In this document: one piece after another, positions 12,568 to 22,144 of the stretch
Layout: each line of letters opens with the position of its first letter
Position numbering within the stretch: position 1 is the first letter of the stretch
Assembly: GCF_001194135.2 (NCBI RefSeq)
Contig: NC_068984.1
Span: forward strand, 44,430,955 to 44,469,674
Source: Octopus bimaculoides
Taxonomy: Eukaryota
DNA: 38,720 bases
Reading direction: 5' to 3'
The notes under the pieces: model-generated
The model's input: the letters and a program-made list of their open reading frames with translations, nothing else
Told to the model about the DNA's origin: nothing
Database searches by the model: none
Made by a program: the position numbers and the translations under genes

Positions 12568-13848
12568 CAGCACGAAATAAGGCTCCAGATGCATAATGCA
12601 TAGTAATTGAGCGAATGAGATGTTGGCATGATGTAAAGATTTCATCTTTCTCAAACTTGCCAAATGATAATGGTGAATGGTCTGATGCAATGAAAAGCTT
12701 CAATGATGCATGTACACTGAGTAATGTATTGATAGGATGGATGCACAAATATTGCATTCTGATTGGGGAATTGTGAACTTTTGCAGCTTGTAACAGTGAT
12801 CGTGGCAAATGCTTTAGACTACTGGACTCTTGAGGTTCGCTGGAGAGTGGAGTTGGAATGAATGCTTGAAGTTCTTTGAAAAGTCGATAAATGAAGGCGT
12901 CTTCAACAAACAGAGCTAATGGCTGTACAGAAATGTCTAAAGCTCTGATGAATGAACCAGAATTTGAAATGTCAGTCTCCAAGACTAATTGTAAATGTAG
13001 AAAGCTGTCAGATTTCAAAATAGCATGTTTTTCAATTGCACTCATGTGACTCTCAATTGTAGGTATTGTCTTTTTGGATGATGTTGGAGACTGCTGACGA
13101 ATGAGAATGACTGGAAAATCATACTGTGCTCTGTGAAATAGTTGATTATCAATTTGTATGTCACCAATGCAAAGGCTACTAGAAGATTTTGACATTTGTA
13201 GCATCTGTGATGGGAAGTTCGTTGCTGGATAGTGTGCCAAGAAGAAATTGGAGAGAGAGATACATAAGATTTCACCAATTATATCAGATGAGCTCACTTC
13301 ATCAAGTATGATAATACAGACATTTTTGAGTAAACAGCCACAATTGAAACAAATGTCCCACTTGGGATCTAACGATGATAGCATATTAGCTTTTTGTAAG
13401 GACATAACAGATGAAAATGTTGATGATTTCTTAACAGTCTCCTTTGAACCTGATGTTATTTGATCCTTGATGAGAACAGTGGTTTCCCGCCCTTTTATTC
13501 GACTGCGGATTTCTTTTGCGGATATATCTGCTTTACTAACAGGTTCCAAAATTAAGTATGTTGTCATGTTAACTCTTTCCACATGAACTTTGATATCAAA
13601 AAAGTTTGGTATACGAAGAAAAGTATCGTAATGTGACAAAATATCAATTCCACTGCTCCACCGTGCTTTTGTAGTCCCACAAATGTCATCCTGTGATGAA
13701 ACACCAATATGAAGCTTTGGCAATATTTGGCTACCTGGCATTTCAGGGAAGGTAGAATTAATAAATGGCATGGTGTAATATACACATTTACCAGCAGCTA
13801 TTGTAGGAAGAGCATCCAAATACTCTGTTTCTTCTACAACTGTTACAT
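12568..13848 (-). CDS. VPS13B: VPS13B large internal exon (1281 nt, phase 1/1), VPS13 C-terminal region
   Basis: Core of the 469-aa ORF. Acceptor ttttcaaattag|AT; donor G|gtaagt. Motifs GDIQIDNQLF, LFVEDAFIY, SVHASLKLFIASDHSPLSF, MHYASGALFRAG. Confidence 0.96.
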
Positions 13849-14711
13849 CTAATTTGAAAACAAAAAAAAAAAAAGAAAAGCCCAATTAATCCAAAAGGAA
13901 ATTGAAAATTACAAGTACAAAATCTAAAATAAGTAAATAAGAATTATAAATTGTTTGACAGTCTAACTGACAATGTAAATTGTAAAAATAAGCCTGTAAG
14001 CTTAAAGTTAAATTTTTATTTCAAAGTTTTGTTCAAAATAAAAATTGTGTTTCATTTAAGCTACAGACAAATTTAAAATTAATGTTTCTCCTTTAAAATA
14101 AATAACCAGTGTTATATCAAACAACCCTAAATTAACTGAGTAGGTAACATAGATGCTCACATATAAAAGGTTCAACATTTTGACCCATATAATTTCATGT
14201 TAAACTGTATCCATAGACAAAAACTTCTAATTTATCTCTTGTGAGCCATGGTACCTAGTTATGAAATAGGTAGTATATTGAAGAAATGAAGTTAATTGTT
14301 AAAAGCACCAAGAATTTTGTATCACTGAAATACAACAAAGGCTTCAAATCAGGGCATACATATTGCATTGGTAAAAATAACTTTCTCCACAAATGCTATA
14401 TAAAGAGGGATTCCTCAATAATACTCTGAGAATATAATGAATTATGAAACACACCCACATATACACACTAATACCCTTCTCCTCAACATCACATGTAAGA
14501 ATGTCATAAAGATATGATTTGGTGAAGCTGATGAGCAGACAGAGTCTTACGTGACTATTCTAATTAGAATGAAACATCCAATTAAATCAATATCTAACGC
14601 CACAAGCATTTAACTCACACTGTAGATTCTGTATAAACAATTTATGTCCATTTATCTTAATTAAAGAAATATATGAAATAAAAACAATGTCCAAGAATAT
14701 AAATTCCATAC

Positions 14712-14957
14712 CACTTATGCTGAGATTCATTAAAGTCTGTCCATAGGTAACTGGGAAAGAACAACAGTTTGAAATCAAGCAACCTGGAGAATTATCTTGC
14801 TCTGCCACAAAGTAAGTAAGTCCTTCATCTGTGTGACCACTGATAACCAAAGGACGAGTTGTTGCATAGCTGCTGGCTTTTATTGGCACAGAAGCTGTAA
14901 GTCGAACACCAGCTTTACTGGAAGTTATTCTCAAAGGAAAAGACCAAGCAGAATCAT
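14712..14957 (-). CDS. VPS13B: VPS13B internal exon (246 nt, phase 1/1): DSAWSFPL...RPLVISGHTDEGLTYF...ISNCCSFP...NLSIS
   Basis: Acceptor ttgtctccatag|AT; donor G|gtatgg. Matches remembered WSLP...RQSVAVP...GVTYLTLSEDPSP...HNRCP. Confidence 0.9.
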
Positions 14958-15099
14958 CTATGGAGACAAACAAAAATGGAGATTGAAAATTACAGCAAAA
15001 ACAGTTAACTCTTTAACATTTCAACCAGACATATCCGGTCCAATTATTCTGTTTTATGTTCACACTGATCCAGCCTCTTACACCTACCCTACAGTGTTA

Positions 15100-15473
15100 T
15101 TACCTCCGCCAAGGAAGGAGGTTATGTTTTCATCGGTGTTGGTTTGTCCGTCTGTGTGCAAAATAACCAAAAATATTGTGAACGGTATTTGATGAAACTT
15201 GCAGGAAAAGTTAGTAATGACACAAGGAAAAGATGATGAAATTTTGGTAGTGATCCGGGAATTTTTATGGATTCTGGAAGGATGTTTTCATTTGTTATAT
15301 CTACTTTACATGAAGTAAATGTTACGTTCTTTGATTATCTCCCCTGAAAACATGTTCATCGTTTCTACATAACCTATGATGGTGTTGCTGTTTCCAAAGT
15401 TTATTTTCGTTTCTCTATTAGTAATTTTACTCACGTATCTATTTTAAAATGAACTGCTTGGTGGAGGTCTGCG
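15100..15473 (+). mobile_element. Non-autonomous Helentron/DINE-1-like element (HINE), unit 1; lacks the 3' hairpin
   Basis: 5' ttacctccgccaaggaaggaggttatgttttc; subterminal inverted repeat acctccgccaag (15102-15113) / cttggtggaggt (15457-15468); ends at ctgcg where the CR1 fragment starts. Confidence 0.75.
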
Positions 15474-15744
15474 GAGGATGACATAACAAGCCTTGACTAC
15501 TGGGATCGACTCAAAAAGCTCAGGCTTTGCTCTCTCCACTGCTGCTGTGAGCTCTATATCATCTGTATCGTCGTCGTCGTCGTTTAACATCCGCTTTCCA
15601 TGCTAGCATGGGTTGGACGATTTGACTGAGGACTGATGAAACCAGATGGCTACACCAGGCTCCAATCTGATTTGGCAGAGTTTCTACAGCTGGATGCCCT
15701 TCCTAACGCCAACCACTCAGAGAGTGTAGTGGGTGCTTTTACGT

Positions 15745-16675
15745 GTCACCCACACAAAGGCCAGTCAGGCAGCACTGGCAACGGCCACGCTCAAAATGGT
15801 GCACTTCATGTGCCACCCGCACAAGAGTCAGTCCAGGGGCACTGGCAATGATCTCGCTCGAAAATCCCACAAAGTCCAGCCAGGCGACACTGGTAACGGT
15901 CACGCTCAAATGGGGCATTTCATGTGTCACCCACACAAGAGCCAGTCCAGGGGTACCGGCAACGATCTCGCTCGAAAATCCTACGGCGGCCCCGCACAAG
16001 AGCCAATTCAGNNNNNNNNNNNNNNNNNNNNNNNNNNNNNNNNNNNNNNNNNNNNNNNNNNNNNNNNNNNNNNNNNNNNNNNNNNNNNNNNNNNNNNNNN
16101 NNNNNNNNNNNNNNNNNNNNNNNNNNNNNNNNNNNNNNNNNNNNNNNNNNNNNNNNNNNNNNNNNNNNNNNNNNNNNNNNNNNNNNNNNNNNNNNNNNNN
16201 NNNNNNNNNNNNNNNNNNNNNNNNNNNNNNNNNNNNNNNNNNNNNNNNNNNNNNNNNNNNNNNNNNNNNNNNNNNNNNNNNNNNNNNNNNNNNNNNNNNN
16301 NNNNNNNNNNNNNNNNNNNNNNNNNNNNNNNNNNNNNNNNNNNNNNNNNNNNNNNNNNNNNNNNNNNNNNNNNNNNNNNNNNNNNNNNNNNNNNNNNNNN
16401 NNNNNNNNNNNNNNNNNNNNNNNNNNNNNNNNNNNNNNNNNNNNNNNNNNNNNNNNNNNNNNNNNNNNNNNNNNNNNNNNNNNNNNNNNNNNNNNNNNNN
16501 NNNNNNNNNNNNNNNNNNNNNNNNNNNNNNNNNNNNNNNNNGGGGCACTGGTAACGATCTCGCTCGAAACATTTCATGTGTCGCCCACACATGAGCCAGT
16601 CCAGGGGCACCGGCAACGATCTCTCTCGAAAATCTTATGACGGCCCCGCACAAGAGCCAGTCCAGGGGCACTGGC
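15745..16675. repeat. GC-rich minisatellite with ~50-65-bp subunits and a 114-bp higher-order period
   Basis: Recurrent cacaagagccagtccaggggcactggcaacgatctcgctcgaaaat; catgtg(c/t)cacc at 15807 and 15921. Confidence 0.85.
16012..16541. other. Assembly gap (530 N); other gaps at 19471-20270 (800 N), 839-848, 26943-26952 and 33917-33926
   Basis: Runs of N in the sequence. Confidence 1.
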
Positions 16676-17149
16676 GTGGAAAATATTCCATTAACATTGC
16701 CCATCTTTAAAATTTGTCCGAGGCTTGGCCCCTGTGCCATCCGTCCACTAGAGAAATGTTCATGTCGTATCACAACACTATGACAGAACTAATTCACCTC
16801 AATTGGCCCCGCTCTCTTCAACATCGTGCCAGACACACATAAAGGAGGAAAGTGACTTCACGGCATTCAAACGATCCCTAGATGATTACCCCCAACAAAT
16901 ACCAGATAAACCAATCACACCCAGATATATCTCTGAAAACAATAACTCTCTGCTTGAATAGATTCCCCAGAGCTGACTGTGTATCTCTTCCAGGTGGTGC
17001 TATTAAATTAGACATGGCCTGAGTCAACTTCGGCCGAAACTTATCTTAGTAATCTAATCTATGCTGTAACCTTTTAATCAAAGCATGACAACGTGGGTAG
17101 AGGCTAATATCTTAACATCTCTGATGGTCTTAAGTATAAAAGAAATGAT

Positions 17150-17229
17150 TCATCATCATCATCATCGTTTAATGTCTGCTTTCTATGCTAGCATGGGTTG
17201 GACGATTTGACTGAGGACTGGTGGACCAG
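17150..17229 (-). mobile_element. Family A repeat, 3' 80 bp only
   Basis: (cat)n-cgtttaatgtctgctttctatgctagcatgggttggacgatttgactgaggactgg. Confidence 0.85.
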
Positions 17230-17517
17230 GACGTAAAGATTTATATAGAGCTACATTCAGAGTATGTCTATAAGCTATTGTGTTTAGACCTGGTTTCTAT
17301 CCTCAAAGTATTACGTTTTGTAGATGCAATTTTTTTTTTTTAATAAAGCACTCCAAAATTAGAAAAATCAAAAATCTGCAACAATCTCGGTCCCATGAGT
17401 ATTGGATAATGGATTTTCAACTGTGTAAAGAAACTGATTGTGGTGATTGTAGTTTTGACGGTGATTGTGGTGAAAGCAGAGGTAGTGTTGATGATGACGA
17501 TAGTCGAGATAAGTACG

Positions 17518-17639
17518 GGAGGAGGTTATGTTTTTGCTGGCATTGGTTTGGGAAATGGGATGATTTTTCAGCATGCATGTATATGGGTGGAAATGAGCTG
17601 CTTGATGGAGGTCTGCGCTCTCTGAGTGCTTTTCTAGTT
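17518..17639 (+). mobile_element. HINE unit 2: internally deleted, carrying the 3' hairpin and ctagtt end
   Basis: ggaggaggttatgtttttg (same 5' body as unit 1); cttgatggaggtct; hairpin gcgctc-tct-gagtgc (17615-17629); tttctagtt terminus. Confidence 0.75.
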
Positions 17640-17828
17640 CTAAAAGTAACCTATCACATCACTGAAATTACAAAGCTATGAGATAATCCATGATTAATTC
17701 AAAAGAATGTGAATAAATAAGAATTGCATTTGACAGAGTAATCTGAATGGTAAATGGTTAAGTGAAGTTAAATGAATTAATAAAATAAAATAGAATTTAT
17801 AAAGTTTATCAAAAATCATTCAGAATAC

Positions 17829-18045
17829 CTGTAGGCTCTAATTCATGGGATTGATGTTGGTTGCTTTTATCAATCTCTCGCAGTCGAATGTAATGAACAA
17901 AATTGTTTTTCTGATTGAAATCAATGCCTTGGTGCTTCTCTTGTAATAGGACTGTCCATGACAATAGTGGGCTCAAATTGTCAGCATCTTTGGACTGGCT
18001 GTGACTTGGAACGATGCATTGTTCTATTTCAGTAGGGAGAGTAAC
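17829..18045 (-). CDS. VPS13B: VPS13B internal exon (217 nt, phase 0/1): VTLPTEIEQC...LLSW...HELEPT
   Basis: Acceptor atttcag|GTT; donor G|gtattc. Phases fit both neighbours. Confidence 0.82.
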
Positions 18046-18299
18046 CTGAAATAATTCCAAAACCAATTACTACTGATGTTTATAGAATTTCTATGATAAA
18101 TGTAATTTTGTTCAAATGAAAAAAGTAGCTCACAATGAGATGTGGGAAGATTCTGGGCTCTCAACATTATAATAACATTTCCTTACAAGGTCATGACAAT
18201 TAGAATTTTTTTTAGAAAAATGGAAATGGAAAGTTATGTAATCATTTAATCTAAAGGCATTTATAACATAAGTGAACTCAAGAACTTATCTGGGAAATG

Positions 18300-18812
18300 A
18301 ATTCAAGGAAGACATGGGACAAGGTGGTGAAGCATGATCTTCAAACATTGGGCCTCACGGAGGCAATGACAAATGACTGAGACCTTTTCACGATATGCTG
18401 TGCTTGAGAAGAGCTGTCAAGCCAAGTGAAACTGTAGTCTTGACCAATGCTGGTGTCATGTAACAGGCACCCATGCTGGTGGAATGGAAAAAGCATCCTT
18501 TGAACATGGGACCTCAGATAGGCTATGCTAAGTAACCAAGACCTTTGATAATATGCTGTGCTTGAGAAAACTCATCAAGCCAAGTGAAAGCATAGTTGTG
18601 GCAAATGCCAGTGTCACATAACTGGCACCCATGCTGGAGGAAGTGTAAAAGGCACCGACTACACTCTGAGAGTGGTTGGTGTTGGGAAAGGCATCCAGCT
18701 ATAGAAATCATGCCAAATCAGATTGGAACCTGGTAAGCTCTCCAGCTTACCAGATTCAGTCAAACCGTCTAACCCATGCCAGCATGGAAAGCAGGTGCTA
18801 AATGATGACGAT
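18300..18812 (+). mobile_element. RTE LINE 3' end: ORF C-terminus, internally duplicated 3' UTR and family A tail
   Basis: RKTWDKVVKHDLQTLGLTEAMTND at ~18307-18380. The block atatgctgtgcttgagaa...ggcacccatgctgg occurs twice (~18392-18479 and ~18551-18637), followed by the family A body and gatgacgat tail. Confidence 0.8.
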
Positions 18813-19239
18813 TGCAAGTGTTCAATATGAACTTAACTCTGCAACTTAGCAGCAGCCAGTCTAAGAAAACCAGTGGTGATTTTAATGAACATAACAAAAC
18901 AAGAGTCAGTTTTTCTTTTTTGTATTTTTACCATGTATTTTGTGAACAACAGTGTTATTGGTTATAGGTTTCCAATCAGTCGATGGTTTACTGTATTTCC
19001 AATAACAAGAACAAGAGGTATCTGTGTAATTTATGTAAAATAAATACAAGGTATTTTTGTGCAACCACACCAGTTTCTCAGTGTTCTTGTCAATATGTAT
19101 ATCTTTTCCCAACATAAATGAGGAAAGATATATATACACACACTAAATCAGATACACACAAAGGCCTGTCTCTCATTTATTTTGATATATATATCTATGA
19201 TGGACGCATCTTCACTTTACATGTGTGTGTGTGCATGGG

Positions 19240-19392
19240 CACAGACATAGTTGTATGGTTAAGAAGCTTGCTTCCTAACCATGTAGTCTTGAGTTTATTC
19301 CCACTGTGCAACATCTGAGCTAGTGTCTTCTACTATAGCCCAAGGATGATCAAAGCGTTGTGAGATTTTGTAAGAAGACACTGAAAGAAGCA

Positions 19393-19470
<78 letters not shown>
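19240..19470 (+). mobile_element. Family B SINE 5' half ending in (GT)n(AT)n at an assembly gap
   Basis: aagaagcttgcttcctaaccatg...gtgtcttctactatagccc...ctgaaagaagc, colinear with the 12131 copy. Confidence 0.75.
19396..19470. repeat. Compound (GT)n(AT)n microsatellite abutting a gap
   Basis: Direct reading. Other short tracts: (CA)n ~9126-9150 and ~10725-10757, (TA)n ~23814-23835, (GA)n ~24948-24966, (CT)n ~26121-26146. Confidence 0.95.
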
Positions 19471-20270
19471 NNNNNNNNNNNNNNNNNNNNNNNNNNNNNN
19501 NNNNNNNNNNNNNNNNNNNNNNNNNNNNNNNNNNNNNNNNNNNNNNNNNNNNNNNNNNNNNNNNNNNNNNNNNNNNNNNNNNNNNNNNNNNNNNNNNNNN
19601 NNNNNNNNNNNNNNNNNNNNNNNNNNNNNNNNNNNNNNNNNNNNNNNNNNNNNNNNNNNNNNNNNNNNNNNNNNNNNNNNNNNNNNNNNNNNNNNNNNNN
19701 NNNNNNNNNNNNNNNNNNNNNNNNNNNNNNNNNNNNNNNNNNNNNNNNNNNNNNNNNNNNNNNNNNNNNNNNNNNNNNNNNNNNNNNNNNNNNNNNNNNN
19801 NNNNNNNNNNNNNNNNNNNNNNNNNNNNNNNNNNNNNNNNNNNNNNNNNNNNNNNNNNNNNNNNNNNNNNNNNNNNNNNNNNNNNNNNNNNNNNNNNNNN
19901 NNNNNNNNNNNNNNNNNNNNNNNNNNNNNNNNNNNNNNNNNNNNNNNNNNNNNNNNNNNNNNNNNNNNNNNNNNNNNNNNNNNNNNNNNNNNNNNNNNNN
20001 NNNNNNNNNNNNNNNNNNNNNNNNNNNNNNNNNNNNNNNNNNNNNNNNNNNNNNNNNNNNNNNNNNNNNNNNNNNNNNNNNNNNNNNNNNNNNNNNNNNN
20101 NNNNNNNNNNNNNNNNNNNNNNNNNNNNNNNNNNNNNNNNNNNNNNNNNNNNNNNNNNNNNNNNNNNNNNNNNNNNNNNNNNNNNNNNNNNNNNNNNNNN
20201 NNNNNNNNNNNNNNNNNNNNNNNNNNNNNNNNNNNNNNNNNNNNNNNNNNNNNNNNNNNNNNNNNNNNNN

Positions 20271-20788
20271 TTGTTTAAGAGCCTTTTAGATCTGATGTAG
20301 TGATTTTCTTTTGCTTTTTCTGACAAATTGACCTTTCCTCATCATATAAAACTTATATCTGATGTCTTCGTGGACAACATTTCTGACTGTTCCTTCTGAC
20401 ACATGGAGATTTTTTGCAATTGACCTCATGGACTTTCTGGGATTGTAATCAATGGTCTGTTGAACTTGCTGGATAAATTCAGGTGTTCTGATGATTTCAG
20501 AGCATTTAGAATGCTTTTTTATGCTTTGATACTGGTGATACATTTCCATCTTCAGTCTCTAGCTCCTTACAAACTTTGTAGATGAAAGATCTGGCAACTT
20601 TTAAAAACTGAGATATTTCTAAATCGCTATGCTGAGCCTTTATAACCACAATAGCAGCATGCATCTTCATTTCTTGAGTAAGCTGAGGGTCTGTCATTAT
20701 TATTTTCTAAAACAAAGATTGTACAGAGTTAGCAAAAAATGCAGCAATGACCCAAAAAGGTATGTCCTCAAATACCTTATGCACTCTG
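20271..20788 (-). mobile_element. Tc1/mariner-superfamily transposon, 5' half (possibly DD37D/maT-like), running into an 800-N gap
   Basis: Terminus TA|cagagtgcataaggtatt. Transposase N-terminus with two HTH-like blocks: HSDLEISQFLKVARSFIYKV and RTPEFIQQVQQTIDYNPRKSMRSIAKNLHVSEGTVRNVVHEDIRYK. The catalytic domain is not visible, so the subfamily is tentative. Confidence 0.8.
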
Positions 20789-20874
20789 TATACATACACA
20801 CACATTTATATGTATGTATGAATCCCATCACATCATGTGATGATTGTAAATGCACACCATCGTCATATAAGCAA

Positions 20875-21053
20875 CATTGTTCATTTCCAGTTTTCCACGA
20901 GAAACATGTCTAGCCATGGCAAAATATGACCATCCTTGAAAACATGAGGATTGGCAACAAGAAGGGAATCCATTCACAAAAAATCTGCTGCAATAAATTC
21001 TGCCCAACCCATGCAAGTATGGAAAAGTGGACATTAAATGATGATGATGATGA
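20875..21053 (+). mobile_element. Dispersed repeat with a family A-like tail; second copy at ~28925-29090
   Basis: Shared aacatgtct(a/g)gccatgg...gaggattggcaa...cctcaataaatt...gca(a)g(t/c)atggaaa and (gat)n tail. Confidence 0.6.
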
Positions 21054-22006
21054 TTTGTGTGTGTATGTGTGCATGTGTGTGTAATTGCTTTCATGCGATT
21101 TTTGTTTGTTAAATTTCACAGAAAATTGCTCAACCTGAGGGTTGAACATAGAACCAAGTTGATGCAAAGAGGATATCTACACCACAGCTTGTGTCCAGTG
21201 GAGGAGAGGGCAGATAGAAAGCAGCAATAAAAGAAGATTTTATGGTCTGATAAAGCTCAAACTAAATAATGTAGCAACTAAGTGAAATATTGGTTTCACA
21301 TTTTCGCACAAGGCCAGCAATTTTAGGTGAAGGGTCAGTCGATTACACTAATCTCAGTGTTCAACTAGTACTTATTTTATTGACCCTGAAAGGATGAAAG
21401 GCAAAGTTGACCTCAGGGTAATTTGAACTCAAAATGTAAAGATGGACAAAATGCTGCTAAGCATTTCACCTGGCATGCTAATGATTCTGCCAGGAGTGAA
21501 ATATTGCAGAGAAACTTAGTATATTAAAAGTATCTCAGTTATTTCAGCTCTAACCAAGAAGACGTATGGTCAAGGAGAGTAGATTGTGACCATCCTATCT
21601 TTTATTCAGATACATTGTATCTACAACTGCATAATCTAATGTGTACTTTTTAAAAAGACTATAGGATGTAATCTGAGGGACATTTTGCTGCTGTTTATAG
21701 CAGATCAGGCAATGACACCCAATTAGGCTTGTTATTTGGATATAAATACAGAAATGGTAAGGACAACAGTGGTAGTTGATTATGTCTTCCTTTCATCCTT
21801 TTATAGCTATTTTTCTGTGTTAATACAATTGAGAGATTTCTGAAAATTCAATCATAATCTAAAAGTGAAACTACATTATTATCCAGACATTTAAAGGCAA
21901 ACAGGATTATGTAACTTTGCCAGAGAGTAAAATAACTGTTGCAGAAAGATTTGAAATTGTGACCAAATAGTACAGTTACAGGATTCCTAAAACAAAGGGC
22001 ACTTAC

Positions 22007-22144
22007 CTTACCAACACCCAATGGAACACAGACCATTTGTATTTGATAGGGGGTTCCACTTAGATTTGTAAGAGAGAACCGTTCTGACACAGTAATAACC
22101 CTTATGTTGTGATGTACTGATGAATTCACAGTGAAGAAATAAGC
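22007..22144 (-). CDS. VPS13B: VPS13B internal exon (138 nt, phase 0/0): AYFFTVNSSVHHNIRVITVSERFSLTN...LGVGK
   Basis: Acceptor ctttcatttcag|GCT; donor AAG|gtaagt. Similar to remembered human FCISSMVQQGIQIIQIED. Confidence 0.87.

Larger units (their letters stand above)
15569..16675 (-). mobile_element. Family A repeat (young) with a locally amplified minisatellite, spanning a 530-N gap
   Basis: (gtc)n tail at 15569-15582; body nearly identical to the 32228 and 38498 copies; tandem subunits continue on both sides of the gap. Confidence 0.88.
15474..17060 (+). mobile_element. CR1/L2-type LINE 3' end, split by the insertion at 15569-16675
   Basis: Left part reads DYWDRLKKLRLCSLHCCCELYIIC. Deleting 15569-16675 restores ...TGT ATG TGG AAA ATA TTC (C-M-W-K-I-F). 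Right part reads PRLGPCAIRP...FTSIGPALFNIVP...FKRSLDDY...IPDKP...NNSLLE and ends in a (taatc)n-like tail. Confidence 0.8.
15005..17761. mobile_element. TTAA-flanked MITE (family C) split into 15005-15099 and 17638-17761 by a 2.5-kb insertion
   Basis: Left TTAA|ctctttaacatttca; right tgaatggtaaatgg|TTAA. Both halves are colinear with the intact copy at 27228-27446, and the rejoined length (~210 nt) matches it. Confidence 0.85.

Noticed and set aside
12476-13885. 469-aa ORF as a stand-alone gene
   Set aside because: It is one internal VPS13B exon (12568-13848) plus read-through into the flanking polypyrimidine tract and intron/SINE.
15745-16675. Repeat array as a CRISPR-like repeat-spacer locus
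   Set aside because: Eukaryotic intron, degenerate subunits without unique spacers, no cas genes, and the subunits derive from a retroelement UTR.
15733-16773. Long ORFs (200-340 aa) across the gaps here and at 19295-20326
   Set aside because: They consist mostly of X from N runs plus minisatellite or microsatellite translation.
17280-17681. 133-aa Asp/Gly/Cys-rich plus-strand ORF
   Set aside because: It runs through a T homopolymer, decayed GAT/GGT repeats and HINE unit 2, so it is a chance frame.
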